Part shown: piece after piece, positions 12,991 through 23,323 of the stretch
Position numbering within the stretch: the first letter of the stretch is position 1
Layout of the letters: each line of letters opens with the position of its first letter
Assembly: GCF_004010195.1 (NCBI RefSeq)
Contig: NC_057749.1
Location: forward strand, 11,655,496 to 11,699,374
DNA: 43,879 bases
Origin: Chiloscyllium plagiosum
Taxonomy: Eukaryota
Reading direction: 5' to 3'
The notes under the pieces: model-generated
Database searches by the model: none
What the model saw: the letters and a program-made list of their open reading frames with translations, nothing else
Told to the model about the DNA's origin: nothing
Position numbers and translations under genes: made by a program

Positions 12991-13651
12991 TGTGAGAAAC
13001 TGAGCTCACTCACTTCAATAATTTCAGTCCGAGACAAGATCTGAAGCAATCAGTATGTTTATTATATGCTTGCAAGTGTGGTGTCTAAAATAGACACACA
13101 GTTTAGCAAGTACACATCTTATATAGGATTCACTACGCCAAACCCGGTGCCCATTACTATTGTTTACCTCCTGCCTTATCCAGCCGCGTGCATAACAAAG
13201 TACAAGTTTTATTTGGCCATTTAACCACATCCTGCTGTGGTCCATTGTTAGGTATATCTTCCTTCACTGCCATCTATTTCCCCCACTTATGACATTTCCT
13301 CCCATTCCTCAAACATATTGAACCTTATGACCTTTTAATTGGGATTTGTTTTTTGTTTTTGCAGAAGTGGGAAACAGATGCTTATAACTACTGTTTGTAC
13401 AAGCATATCTGGCTTAACCTACATCCTCACAGCACCTTATCTATTTGTCTGTAACATCTACCATTGTTTGTAGGCACATTTCATTCTTGTATGCACATTT
13501 TAACTAATACAAAAACAATTATATATTTCCTTCACAGTTTTAATTCTCGTTGACTCAGCTCTTGGTTGAAACAATTATACACTGGTGTGAGTTCATTTAC
13601 CTTGCATAAGTAATTATGATTGCAGAAATAACACTTTACCTATATCCCACA
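12991..13651 (-). repeat. ERV 5' LTR
   Basis: Direct repeat of 4671-5333, adjacent to the PBS. Confidence 0.97.
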
Positions 13652-14278
13652 TTTCTTACCCCCCCAACTCTTGATTTAATCCCTGCCCTCCCCTTCACTT
13701 TTAAAAAACAAAATCACACAGCATTGCCCTTTGATGAGAAGGGCACTGATTGTCACTGGTCATCCTAGTATTTCCTGTCTTCCTGGTGGTGGAAATTGAA
13801 TAAAGATTTGTACAGTTGTCGTCTTTCACTGTCTCATACCTGCATGCGCACAACATGGGTGCTGGGGAAAATATAAGCATGACCGCAGTTAGGCGGTAGT
13901 GTGGGAATAAAGGGGGGAGTGGGGGGAAGAAAAGAACATAACCAGGAGAGAGATTTAGACTCTCCTCAGTTTAGGGGACGGACTCTAAAAAATAAAAAAA
14001 AAATTTGTATATCTATTGTCTTTGACTGTCTCACCTGCACACACACACACGTGTGTTGGGGAAAATATAAGCACTACCACTGTTAGGTAGGTGTGGTGGG
14101 GGGGAAAAAAGAAAAAGAAATACCAGTTAATGAATCTGGCTTTGTAAACCAGCCATTTTTAAAATCAGGTTCTACAAAAGAAAAAGCAGAAACCAACAGC
14201 AGCAGTGACACACTGACTACGGCCCAGCCAGTACAGAGTCAGTTCCCTAAACTGAGGAGATTCTAAATCTCCTGGTTT

Positions 14279-16105
14279 TTTTTTTTATTTTAATAAACAA
14301 TAGACAGTTTACAAAACAGTGAACATTAACAGCTGTATACAGAGAAACAGCAATTTTCCAAGGAAGAAGGAGTGCCAAAGCCAGGCCTCAAACCCTACCG
14401 TCCAACTAGTTTTCAGGAAACGAGGACAAACCTCAAATCCCACTTTCCATCATCACAAAACAGTAACAAGTACATGTAACAGTCCAATTACATAAAAAAG
14501 TGCATAAAATACAGACCCCCCCAGCAAGCCACTCGTCCCTCCCAACTTCCGGCCACTCTAAGGCAGTCTGCCACTTCTGGCTCTCGGTCCACCCCATGTC
14601 ATGTCCAGTTCTCAGTCCACCCAGAGACCTTCCAACCATCTCTAGGACAGCCCATCCTACTTTCCCAACCCACCGCCAGGATGACAGCAGTCAGGACAGC
14701 CTACCCATCTTCTGGCTTCCCTAGCCACCCTTCACACTTTCCAGCCACCTCTAGGACAGCCCACACCAGTACCTGCCTGGGGTGACAGCGTTGAGGATGG
14801 CCTACCTGCCGTCTGGCTTTCTGTCTGCCCCTACATACCATTGAGCTCTCGCCCACTCCAATGCGCCATCCGGCCGGTGAACTGCCCTGACACTTTCTGG
14901 CCACCTCTAAGACAGCCCATCCCCTTCCCTGGGATGATAGCACACAGGGTAGCCCACAAGCCTTCTGGATCTTGGTCAACCCCAATGCACCTTCTAGTGT
15001 TTGGCTACCCTGACACCTTCCGACCACCACTAGGACAGCTCGTACCAATTACCCCTTTTTGGGGCAACACCGCTCAGAACAGCCTACCCACCTTCTGGCT
15101 CTCTAGGTGACTGGCATCAGGGTGGCCTCCCCACCCACTAGCTTTCAGGGTAGCCTACCCACTGTCAGGTTCACAGGACAGTCTATCCACCCTCTGGCTC
15201 TCAGGGTGACAGCTTTCAGGATGACCTGAGCTCCCAGTTCACAGAGCCTACTAGACCCAGGGACATAAGACAGTGCAGGTGATAACCCCAACAAGCAACA
15301 CGACAGTCAATTACCAACAAACAGTCCTTTCTGGTGCACCGTGTTTATTACCATAAGCAGTTCTCTTCAAAATGTAGAGTCCATTCCAGTATACAAAGTG
15401 CCTTGTCAGAAATGGAGTTCACTCCAAACTGCAGAGTCCATTGCTAAAAACAGAGTCCACTCCTGAAGGCAGCAAATGCACATCACACGTATTCAGTCTC
15501 CATAGAGTCCTGGCCTACTCACAGGAACACAGTACATTGTAAAAGCAGTTAACTAACAGGGGACTGAGGCAGAGTCCATTCCCAAACTACAGGATGCAGC
15601 AAATGCTCACCTCCCAGCACACACATAGGTGTTGAGTTTTTACAGAGGCCTAGTTACCCACAAAAGGGCCAGGCCTACCATACAGGACCAACTCATCCAG
15701 AAAGATGTATTTTCTCACAAGGCTCAGTCCAAACACCAAACAAGTGAAAATACATTCAAAAGAAAGAAAACCAGAGTGCAAGGGCTGAGCCCTGTCTCTA
15801 AATCAGCATAGTCCTCTTCTCAAAGAGTATCACACATACTGTAACTAGCCAGTGAAACAACAGTTCCCTAATGAGAACTGAGTTACACTTGAAAAACTGA
15901 CTGTGTAAATCAGGCAGTTTAGAAATCAGTCATCAATAAAAAAAGGAATACTAGTTAACAAACTAGCTAAATAATTCAGCCAGTTCAGGAATCACCCCAC
16001 CAAAAAAACAGAAACCAATAACAGCAGTAACACACTGACTGTAGTCCAGCCAGCATCAAGTCAGTTCCCTAAACTGAGGAGATTCTGAATCTCCTGGCCA
16101 TATTG
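14279..16105 (-). repeat. Element X copy 3 (uninterrupted, ~1.8 kb)
   Basis: Same blocks as copies 1 and 2. The left end reads ATTAAAATAAAAAAAAAAA on the minus strand (poly(A)-like); the right end has the dyad AGGAGATTCTGAATCTCCT. Confidence 0.75.
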
Positions 16106-16205
16106 GTCAGCCAGGCTTACCTGACTCTCCCAGTTTAGCAGAATATACTGACCATGGCCCACTTAGTCAGTCCCCTAAACTAAGGGGATTCCAAATCTCC
16201 TGGTT

Positions 16206-16327
16206 ATACATTTTTTTTCATACTTTACTTCCCATACTAATACCTAACTACAATAGTGCTTACATTTCCCCAGCACCCATGATAGGGGTGCAGATGTGAA
16301 ATACAACAGGTGTGCAAATCTTTATTC
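16206..16327 (-). mobile_element. Tx1-type 3' UTR stub with poly(A)
   Basis: Reverse strand GAATAAAGATTTG...CATGGGTGCTGGGGAAATGTAAGCACTA...AAAAAAAA matches 13798-13900. Flanked by ATCTCCTGGTT at 16195-16205 and 16328-16338. Confidence 0.8.
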
Positions 16328-16454
16328 ATCTCCTGGTTTATATTAGTCAGCCAGGGCTTTCCTGATTGGGGTTGTTAACCTGAGCTAATGACTTCAGAGT
16401 CAGAGTCAACAAGGTCAACCTGCAGCGACTAGTGTACTAGGACACATTCCTCTC

Positions 16455-16635
16455 TTTCATTTTATAGCCATTTAGATAATGATCTGCCCTCCTGTTTTTG
16501 CTACCAAAGTGAATAGCCTCAAATTTATCTACATTACACCTACCATTCATTTGGCCTCTCGGTCAGTTTGTCCAAATCATACTGAAGCATCTCTGAATCC
16601 ACCTCACAACACACACTCCCACCCAGCTCTGCATA
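16455..16635 (-). mobile_element. Old CR1 RT fragment
   Basis: ATCTGCCCTCCTGTTTTTGCTACCAAAGTGAATA resembles 33105-33140 (HFGSKN region). Confidence 0.6.
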
Positions 16636-17562
16636 GATTGTGATTGGACTTTCATTTGCTCAAATAGAAATGTGTCTCCAACCATTTTCCTCAATATTTC
16701 TCCGATTCTCTGGCTGTCACAGGGTCATGGGATTCTGCTCCAAAGACGGCAGCTTTTCCTTATCTTGTCCAAGTGATTGTTCATCATATGTGAGACATGG
16801 TACTGAGTGGTGGTCAGTTGTTTGACTGTGGGGGAATCCCAGGAATGAAATCAGCTGAAAATAGAAACCTGTTTGATCCTCTAGCTGAACCACTGAGGGT
16901 GATTGTAGTACTGGATAAGATCAGTTAACCAACCAACCAACCAATCAACTAGCTAGTTTGTCATGGAATCAAACTTTAGCACCTTCTAGAAAGAAGGAAA
17001 ATGAGTGGGAAAGCTCAACTGAAAATCAGAACTTCAAAGAAAGCTGGTCCTTCGATCAACATTGAGCTTGTGACAGATTCCAGAGCAAATATGGAGAGAG
17101 ACGGTCTCCCGTTATGAAGATTGGTCATTGTATGTCTTTTCAAGCCTTTACACTGTTCTCTGCAATTTGCTGCTTGAGGCATTGATCTCACGGCCGATAC
17201 TGTTTGAAATTTGAAATGAAACTGAAATTTGTGTTTTTATTTGAATCTTTCCTCCTCATCTCAAGTTTTTTTTAAGAAGAAACAAAGTAATTTCCCTTTG
17301 TGAGTTTTTGTTTAATTTTGCTGCATTGCTTTCATAATCTCCTCTACGTGCTATTCCCTGTCTGAGACACTAACCACAGCAGTAGGTCTCTGAAAGCTAC
17401 TGTCTGGAATCATTTGCTGTTCCAGCCTCAGCCAGTCAGAGCAAGCTGTTGCAATTCCTAATTCTGCATGCAACGTGAGTAAGATAGACAGTCAGCAGGA
17501 AATCACAATCAGACATTTCACTAACACACCCAGAAAAGGCTTTTGCTGAAAATGTGTTTTGT

Positions 17563-19453
17563 TTTTTTTAAAAATATATATTTTTTTCTTTATTTTTAAA
17601 TTTAACCCCCACACTACCGCCCAACTGCAGTAGTACGTATTTTTTCCCAGCAGCCATGGTGTGTGTGTACAGGTGTGAGACACAAGGTGCACGAATCTTT
17701 ATTCAATTTCCACCACCAGGAAGATAGGAAAAACATCCGAGTGGCCAGTGACAAGCAGTGCCCTTCACATCAAAGGGTAATGATGTGTGAAGGGGAGGGC
17801 AGGGATTAAATCAAAATAGAATTAGAGGGGGAAATAATGCACTCCACTCCCTGCGGTGCCCACCTCTCCCTGAACAACTCCAGGGTGTTGGTGGACACCG
17901 CGTGCTCCTTCTCCAAGGACACCCGGGCTCTAACGTAACCGCGGAAGAGGGGCAGGCAGTCGGCCCTAACGACCCCCTCCACGGCCCGCTGCCTGGACCT
18001 GTTTATGGCCAGTTTGGCCAGGCCCAGGAGCAGACCCACGAGGAGGTCTTCAGACCTGCCCTCCTTCCTCCGTACCGGGTGCCCAAAGATCAGGAGCGTG
18101 GGACTGAAGTGCAGCCAAAAACAGAGGAGAAAGTTTTTAAGAAAATCAAAAAGGGAGTGCAAACGCCCACACCCAATATACACGTGGTCCACGGACACCA
18201 CAGCGCCACAGAANNNNNNNNNNNNNNNNNNNNNNNNNNNNNNNNNNNNNNNNNNNNNNNNNNNNNNNNNNNNNNNNNNNNNNNNNNNNNNNNNNNNNNN
18301 NNNNNNNNNNNNNNNNNNNNNNNNNNNNNNNNNNNNNNNNNNNNNNNNNNNNNNNNNNNNNNNNNNNNNNNNNNNNNNNNNNNNNNNNNNNNNNNNNNNN
18401 NNNNNNNNNNNNNNNNNNNNNNNNNNNNNNNNNNNNNNNNNNNNNNNNNNNNNNNNNNNNNNNNNNNNNNNNNNNNNNNNNNNNNNNNNNNNNNNNNNNN
18501 NNNNNNNNNNNNNNNNNNNNNNNNNNNNNNNNNNNNNNNNNNNNNNNNNNNNNNNNNNNNNNNNNNNNNNNNNNNNNNNNNNNNNNNNNNNNNNNNNNNN
18601 NNNNNNNNNNNNNNNNNNNNNNNNNNNNNNNNNNNNNNNNNNNNNNNNNNNNNNNNNNNNNNNNNNNNNNNNNNNNNNNNNNNNNNNNNNNNNNNNNNNN
18701 NNNNNNNNNNNNNNNNNNNNNNNNNNNNNNNNNNNNNNNNNNNNNNNNNNNNNNNNNNNNNNNNNNNNNNNNAAATCAAAGAGGGAGTGCAAACGCCCAC
18801 ACCCAATATACAGGTGGTCCACAGATTCCACAGCGCCACAGAACAAGCAGTTGGGCTGGGAGTCCGTGAACCACCGCAATCTGCGGTTGCAGGGGACTGC
18901 TGCGTGCAGCATCCTCCACCCCAGATCCCCGAGAGAAAGGGGGAGGACTCCCGCGTAGAGGGCCCTCCACTGGGGATCCCCACCGCCCGGTGGCAAATGG
19001 GCACGCCAAGGTGTGTCCGGACGGTGGATGAGGGAGAAGAGGTGGATGGTGTGCAGCAGCAGTCTATACAGGACCAGCATTGTTACGTCCTTAAAAGGGA
19101 TGAAATTAAAATTCCGGAGGCGGCTCAGGTTGTGGGGCACAGGCTCCCGCGGGAAGTACGGGACCTTGGGGCCAATGTGAAATTCCATCCGGGCTGGGGT
19201 GAGCGCGGACGGGATCCCACCGCACACCTGAGCGTCCTCCAACTGGTGCACTACGTCGGGTCCGAGCACCGCCGTTTTAAGGCGTCAAATGGCGGTGGCC
19301 ACGTACCGGACATCTACCACTGCCCTGCTCGCTATGTCCTGCAGCAGCATCCAGCCCAGGCCCCCAGCACTCAGCACGTCCCCAACCCTGGTCACCCTCG
19401 CCGCCACGGCCCTCCCCTCTGACAGCCACTCGAACCCGCGAGTACGGAGGTGC
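17563..19453 (-). mobile_element. Tx1-clade LINE, 5'-truncated (ORF2 C-terminal zinc-finger region and 3' UTR)
   Basis: WRALY...GWRMLH...CLFCGAVESVDHLYIGC (RT-associated CCHC finger); stop at 17806; A-rich tail; CpG-rich. TSD AAAATGTGTTTTGT (17549-17562) / AAAATGTCTTTTGT (19454-19467). Confidence 0.9.
18214..18772. other. Assembly gap (559 N)
   Basis: Run of N. Confidence 1.
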
Positions 19454-19709
19454 AAAATGTCTTTTGTATGTGCATGGGCAGCTCACCACATTGCTTGCTG
19501 CCAATATTCTCTAATTACTCAGTCCATTGTGGGAGAGGAAAACCACTGCCTAGTATAAGTATAAGAGCCTCTTAGTTAACAAGATGTAGTTTATTGCATG
19601 TCAGCAACTAGCTGTAAGTTACAGAAACGTTGAGGAGGACTAGATATTGGGTTTCAACAATACTCTACCCAAGCTTTTCTGATTACCATTATTCATTTGT
19701 GTGAAAATG

Positions 19710-19842
19710 AAAATAGCTATAGTCTCAGAAGACCTTAGAGAGAGATGACTGTAGAAAGTTTAGGTTAGTTTGAGAGTCACCACACAAGGTTGAGAAAGTG
19801 AGGCTTCGTGCATTAAACCTGCCATCCAAGTAATGGAGCTAC
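19710..19842 (-). mobile_element. Possible highly decayed SINE remnant
   Basis: GAGAGTCACCACAC..AAGGTTGAGAA..CCTGCCATCCAAGTAATGGAGCTA resembles, from memory only, an old shark tRNA-derived SINE in reverse. Confidence 0.3.
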
Positions 19843-19924
19843 AGTGCAGCAGATGTTTCCTCTTGTGGGTCAATCTAGAATGAAATGTCATGACTTTTGG
19901 ATAAGTGGTGGCACAGTTTAAACA

Positions 19925-20163
19925 CAGATGAGGAGAAATTACTTCTTTTAAAGACACATGAATCTGAATTCACTACCCCAGAGTACAATGGATGCAAGGA
20001 CATCGAGTAAATTTAAGGAGGAGATAGACAGATTTCTAAAGGTCAGAAGGGTATGGACAGGCAGGAAAGTGGAGTTAAGGCCAAGATGAGATCAGCCATG
20101 ATCATAATAAACGTTGGAGCAGGTTCAGGGGGTTGAATTGCCTACTCTTCCTTAGTTCTTATG
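19925..20163 (+). mobile_element. Old CR1 3' end
   Basis: ATCAGCCATGATC...GGAGCAGG...GCCTACTC tail, shared with 22776-22850. Confidence 0.7.
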
Positions 20164-20886
20164 AGTGAAGTATTCCCCAGTGTATGCACAGAATTACAAC
20201 CATCACTTGTCCACCACCCTCTCAAACCAATGACTTTACAAATTCTGGCAATCTGGATGTTTCACGATTCTCCTGGATCAGGTTTTCTTTCTTTGCAGAC
20301 AGTACTTCATTAGATCTCTCTGTGCATAGCTATTTGATTTCCTGCTTTTCTGAAGCTGTGACCCCTTCTGTACATTTTATAAAAGTGACTTATTGTGTTC
20401 ATGTAATTCTTGCTTGACTTGAAATCACAATATTTGCTTTTCTCCACTAATCTATAGAGATCATTAAATCCTCTATTAAACCCCTGGATGCTGAACGTTT
20501 CTATTAAATCTTGCTCATTTACAAGTTTTATTCATTCTGGGTTGATAGTGATTGTCAAAATCTGTCAATACTTTTAAAGTCTTATGCTTTTTTAAAACTC
20601 TTAATGAGCTGTGACATCATCAGCTATACTCCCAATTATGCATAGAAACTTGTTTACTAGCTCCACATCTGATTTACTATCTAATTTGGAAGCAATTCTG
20701 CTTCTCTAAAATTAAGTTTTCTTGACATTATTATTTCTGATGCCATATTTTTCTCATATGACTATATATTTTGCTTGCTTAAGAGACTTGTATTTCTCAG
20801 TAATAGCAGTTAAATTGCTATTTGCTGCCCACTAGAAAGTTTTGCCCCATTTTGTACCTAGCACTGAATAGTAATTTTTTTCTCAG

Positions 20887-21764
20887 TGTGACGATGCTGC
20901 TCCTTTAACAAGGTTATGTTGTCCTTGGTTTTTTGAAAAGGGTGTGTAAAGGCAGAGGTGCCGGCCTGGCTACCAGAGATTGCCTGAGTCAACAATCAGG
21001 GGAGGCCTTTAGGTTTTTTTTTCAAAAACAGTTGTACAATGAAAGAGGAGTGGCCAATTCTCCCAGTTCAGGGACTTTTCTAATTTGGTTTAGTTTTAGC
21101 AGTTAGAAACAGCTGGGGACAGAGAAGCCGCTACAGTGAAAAGAGGTTCAGGCGACTGACTGTGTGGAGTTTGCACGTTCTCCCTGTGTCTGCGTGGGTT
21201 TCCTCCGGGTGCTCCGGTTTCCTCCCACAGTCACAAAAGATGTGCAGGTCAGGTGAATTGGCCATGCTAAATTGCCTGTAGTGTTAGGTAAGGGGTAAAT
21301 GTAGGGGTATGGGTGGGTTGCGCTTCGGCGGGTCGGTGTGGACTTGTTGGGCCGAAGGGCCTGTTTCCACACTGTAAGTAATCTAAAAAGGTTCCTTGCT
21401 TCAGCAAATGACCCCTGGCTGATCCTCTCTCTCTAATATCTCTCCTTTAAGAACCTGGGTTAAATTTACCTTTTTGCCAAAGGGTATGTTTATGGGGATG
21501 TTGCAGGAATTTGGAACTGGATCATTAAGTTGCAATAGAGTTAGTTGCATTTTCAGATAGGTTATGTTATTCTAAACTCTGTTTCCTTTTGCTTGTGTTT
21601 CATTCAGTGGTGTGTAAATAAATTGTTTTACTTGAAGCCAAGTAGTTTGACCAGCTCATCACTCCTGGAATATCCACCTTACATCTGCCTAAATCAACTA
21701 GCAAAGTTAGGGTCTGGGCTACTTTCTTGAAATGTTTTGAGGGGGTCTGGCCTGGTCCATAACA
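20887..21764 (+). mobile_element. Solo LTR related to the Gmr1-like element's LTRs
   Basis: TGTGACGATG...GGTCCATAACA termini match the reverse complements of the LTR ends at 23323 and 27292; internal AATAAA near 21618. Confidence 0.85.
21148..21385 (+). mobile_element. HE1-type SINE, 5'-truncated, inside the solo LTR
   Basis: Near-identical to 7322-7560; flanked by AAAAGAGGTTC / AAAAAGGTTC. Confidence 0.92.
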
Positions 21765-22129
21765 TTGGCAGCAATGGAGAATGCTAGTTCTTCAGGGTAA
21801 AATGGAGCATACTACCCTCATCCATCAAAGTGGAGGATTCCTCCTTTTTTGAACCTTCAATAAATTATACCTGTTTCACTGATTCTTGATCCTCAAAATT
21901 CAAATAAAATAAAGTGTCTTAATTGTGACTCTTATGAAGCAATTTTGGTAGTCTGAATAAAGTCATCTTCAAATGTTCTAGCTTCTTTAGGCTTTTAATT
22001 TACTCAGTTTTATTACTTGAATTACTGGCTATGCGATGCACCCAGTTCTGTGACCTTGGATTAATTTTTCTTTTGTTGACCCTTCCTTCTATTTTGTTGT
22101 GTATTGTGGTTCCCAGCTGTTATGGACGG

Positions 22130-22852
22130 AACACATGTAAATATAGTGAAGAGATTCAGAGGAGGCTTATTAGATTGATACATGGAATGAGAAGGTTATT
22201 GTATGAGGAAAGGTTGTCCAGACAGAACTTGTTTCCACTGGAGTTTCGAACAGTGAGGGGCAACTTGAAGCGTGTAAGATCCTGAATGATCTTGAAAAAT
22301 GAATGTTCATAGGATATATTCTCTTTTTGGTCAGTCAGACTAGATATACGGTGATAAAACTAAGTGTTGCCTTTTCAAGATGGCGGTGAGGAGAACTTAT
22401 TTTTCTCTGATGGTTGTGTGACTTTTAAACTCTGACTAAGAGGTAGTAGAAATGGGAGCATTGTGTATTTTTGAGGCAGAGTTAGATAGATTCTTGTTCA
22501 GCAGGACAATCAAAGGTTATCAGGATAGATGGGAATATGGGATTCAAAACACAAACTAGGATACATAGTCTCAAAATAAGGGGGAGCAGATTTCGAACTG
22601 AATTGAGGAGGAACGTCTTCACCCAAAGGGATGTGAATCTATGGAATTCCCTGCCCAGTGAAGCAGTTGATGCTAACTCATAGCATGTTTTTAAGGGAAA
22701 GAATGATTTTTGAACAGTAAAGAAATTAAGGTTTATAGTGAATGGGCAGCTAAGTGGAATTGAATCCACAAAAAGATCAGCCATGATGTTATTGAATGGT
22801 GGAGCAGGCTCAGTGGGCCAAATGGCCTACTCCTGTTCCTATTTCTTGTGCT
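22130..22852 (+). mobile_element. Two decayed CR1 3' ends in tandem
   Basis: IQRRLIRLIHGMRRLLYEERL (CR1 ORF2 C-terminus); the second copy from ~22560 ends GGCCTACTCCTGTTCCTATTTC. Confidence 0.8.
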
Positions 22853-22854
22853 CT

Positions 22855-23323
22855 TAACTATATTGTAAAACTTAACCAAATAATAGATACAGTAACTTTC
22901 ACTACTTAACTGTTTCAATATAGTAACATCCCATAAACACACCCCTTAGCAAAAAGGTGAATTCAGAAGAATAGATTTCTCACAGGTAACCGAGCAGCAG
23001 AGGGAAACCCAGCTTCTAGCTGTAACCGAGAGAGGGAAAAGAAAGCTTCTACTTCTTCAAAACTCCAGCAGTTTCTGCCCTGTTGTGACTCCACAGCAAC
23101 AGCGTAATGCTAAACCCAATGACCTGAAAAAAAACTCCAAAGACCTGGCCTGTGAGAGCTGGCCACGCCTATCCAGGCTGCTTCTATTGTTTCAACTTTT
23201 AAATATGCCAAAGCCTCACAAGTTGTTTATCTTCTCATAGACTGCTCAATACCTGTCCTCCCCAGTCTCTCTCTCCAAGAAACCAGGACAAAACAAATCC
23301 CTTAAAGCCACAGCATCATCACA
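22855..23323 (-). repeat. Gypsy 3' LTR (partial)
   Basis: Homologous to ~27830-28275; ends CATCATCACA next to the PPT. Confidence 0.8.

Larger units (their letters stand above)
4671..13651 (-). mobile_element. Full-length defective class I (gamma/epsilon-like) endogenous retrovirus
   Basis: Two LTRs bounded by TG...CA, TTTC duplicated at 4667-4670 and 13652-13655, PBS, PPT, and gag, pro-pol and env with many stops and frameshifts. Confidence 0.98.
4596..14111 (+). mobile_element. Tx1-clade LINE 3' end (last ORF2 codons and doubled 3' UTR), split by the ERV
   Basis: 4596-4670 plus 13656 onward encodes KEHAVSTNTLELFRKRWAPQGVEC, matching the C-terminus of the Tx1 ORF ending at 17806. The 3' UTR matches 17590-17800 (reverse strand). 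TSD AAAAAGGAATACCA (4582-4595) / AAAAAGAAATACCA (14112-14125). Confidence 0.85.
1986..14278 (-). repeat. Element X copy 2, interrupted by CR1 (2053-3173) and by Tx1+ERV (4596-14111)
   Basis: Pieces 1986-2052, 3174-4595 and 14112-14278 join into a sequence collinear with copy 3 (e.g. AACCTCAAATCCCAC at 3241 and ~14430). Confidence 0.7.

Noticed and set aside
17010..17200. Possible host exon (about 55-60 open codons on the minus strand)
   Set aside because: No recognisable protein similarity and no convincing splice pair.
17902..19422. Long ORFs of 300-500 aa
   Set aside because: Inflated by 559 N. Only the minus-strand Tx1 frame has recognisable motifs.
22118..22127. TGTTATGGAC as the missing outer end of the Gypsy 3' LTR
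   Set aside because: Only 10 bp match, and the flanks (CAGC vs ACAC) give no TSD.
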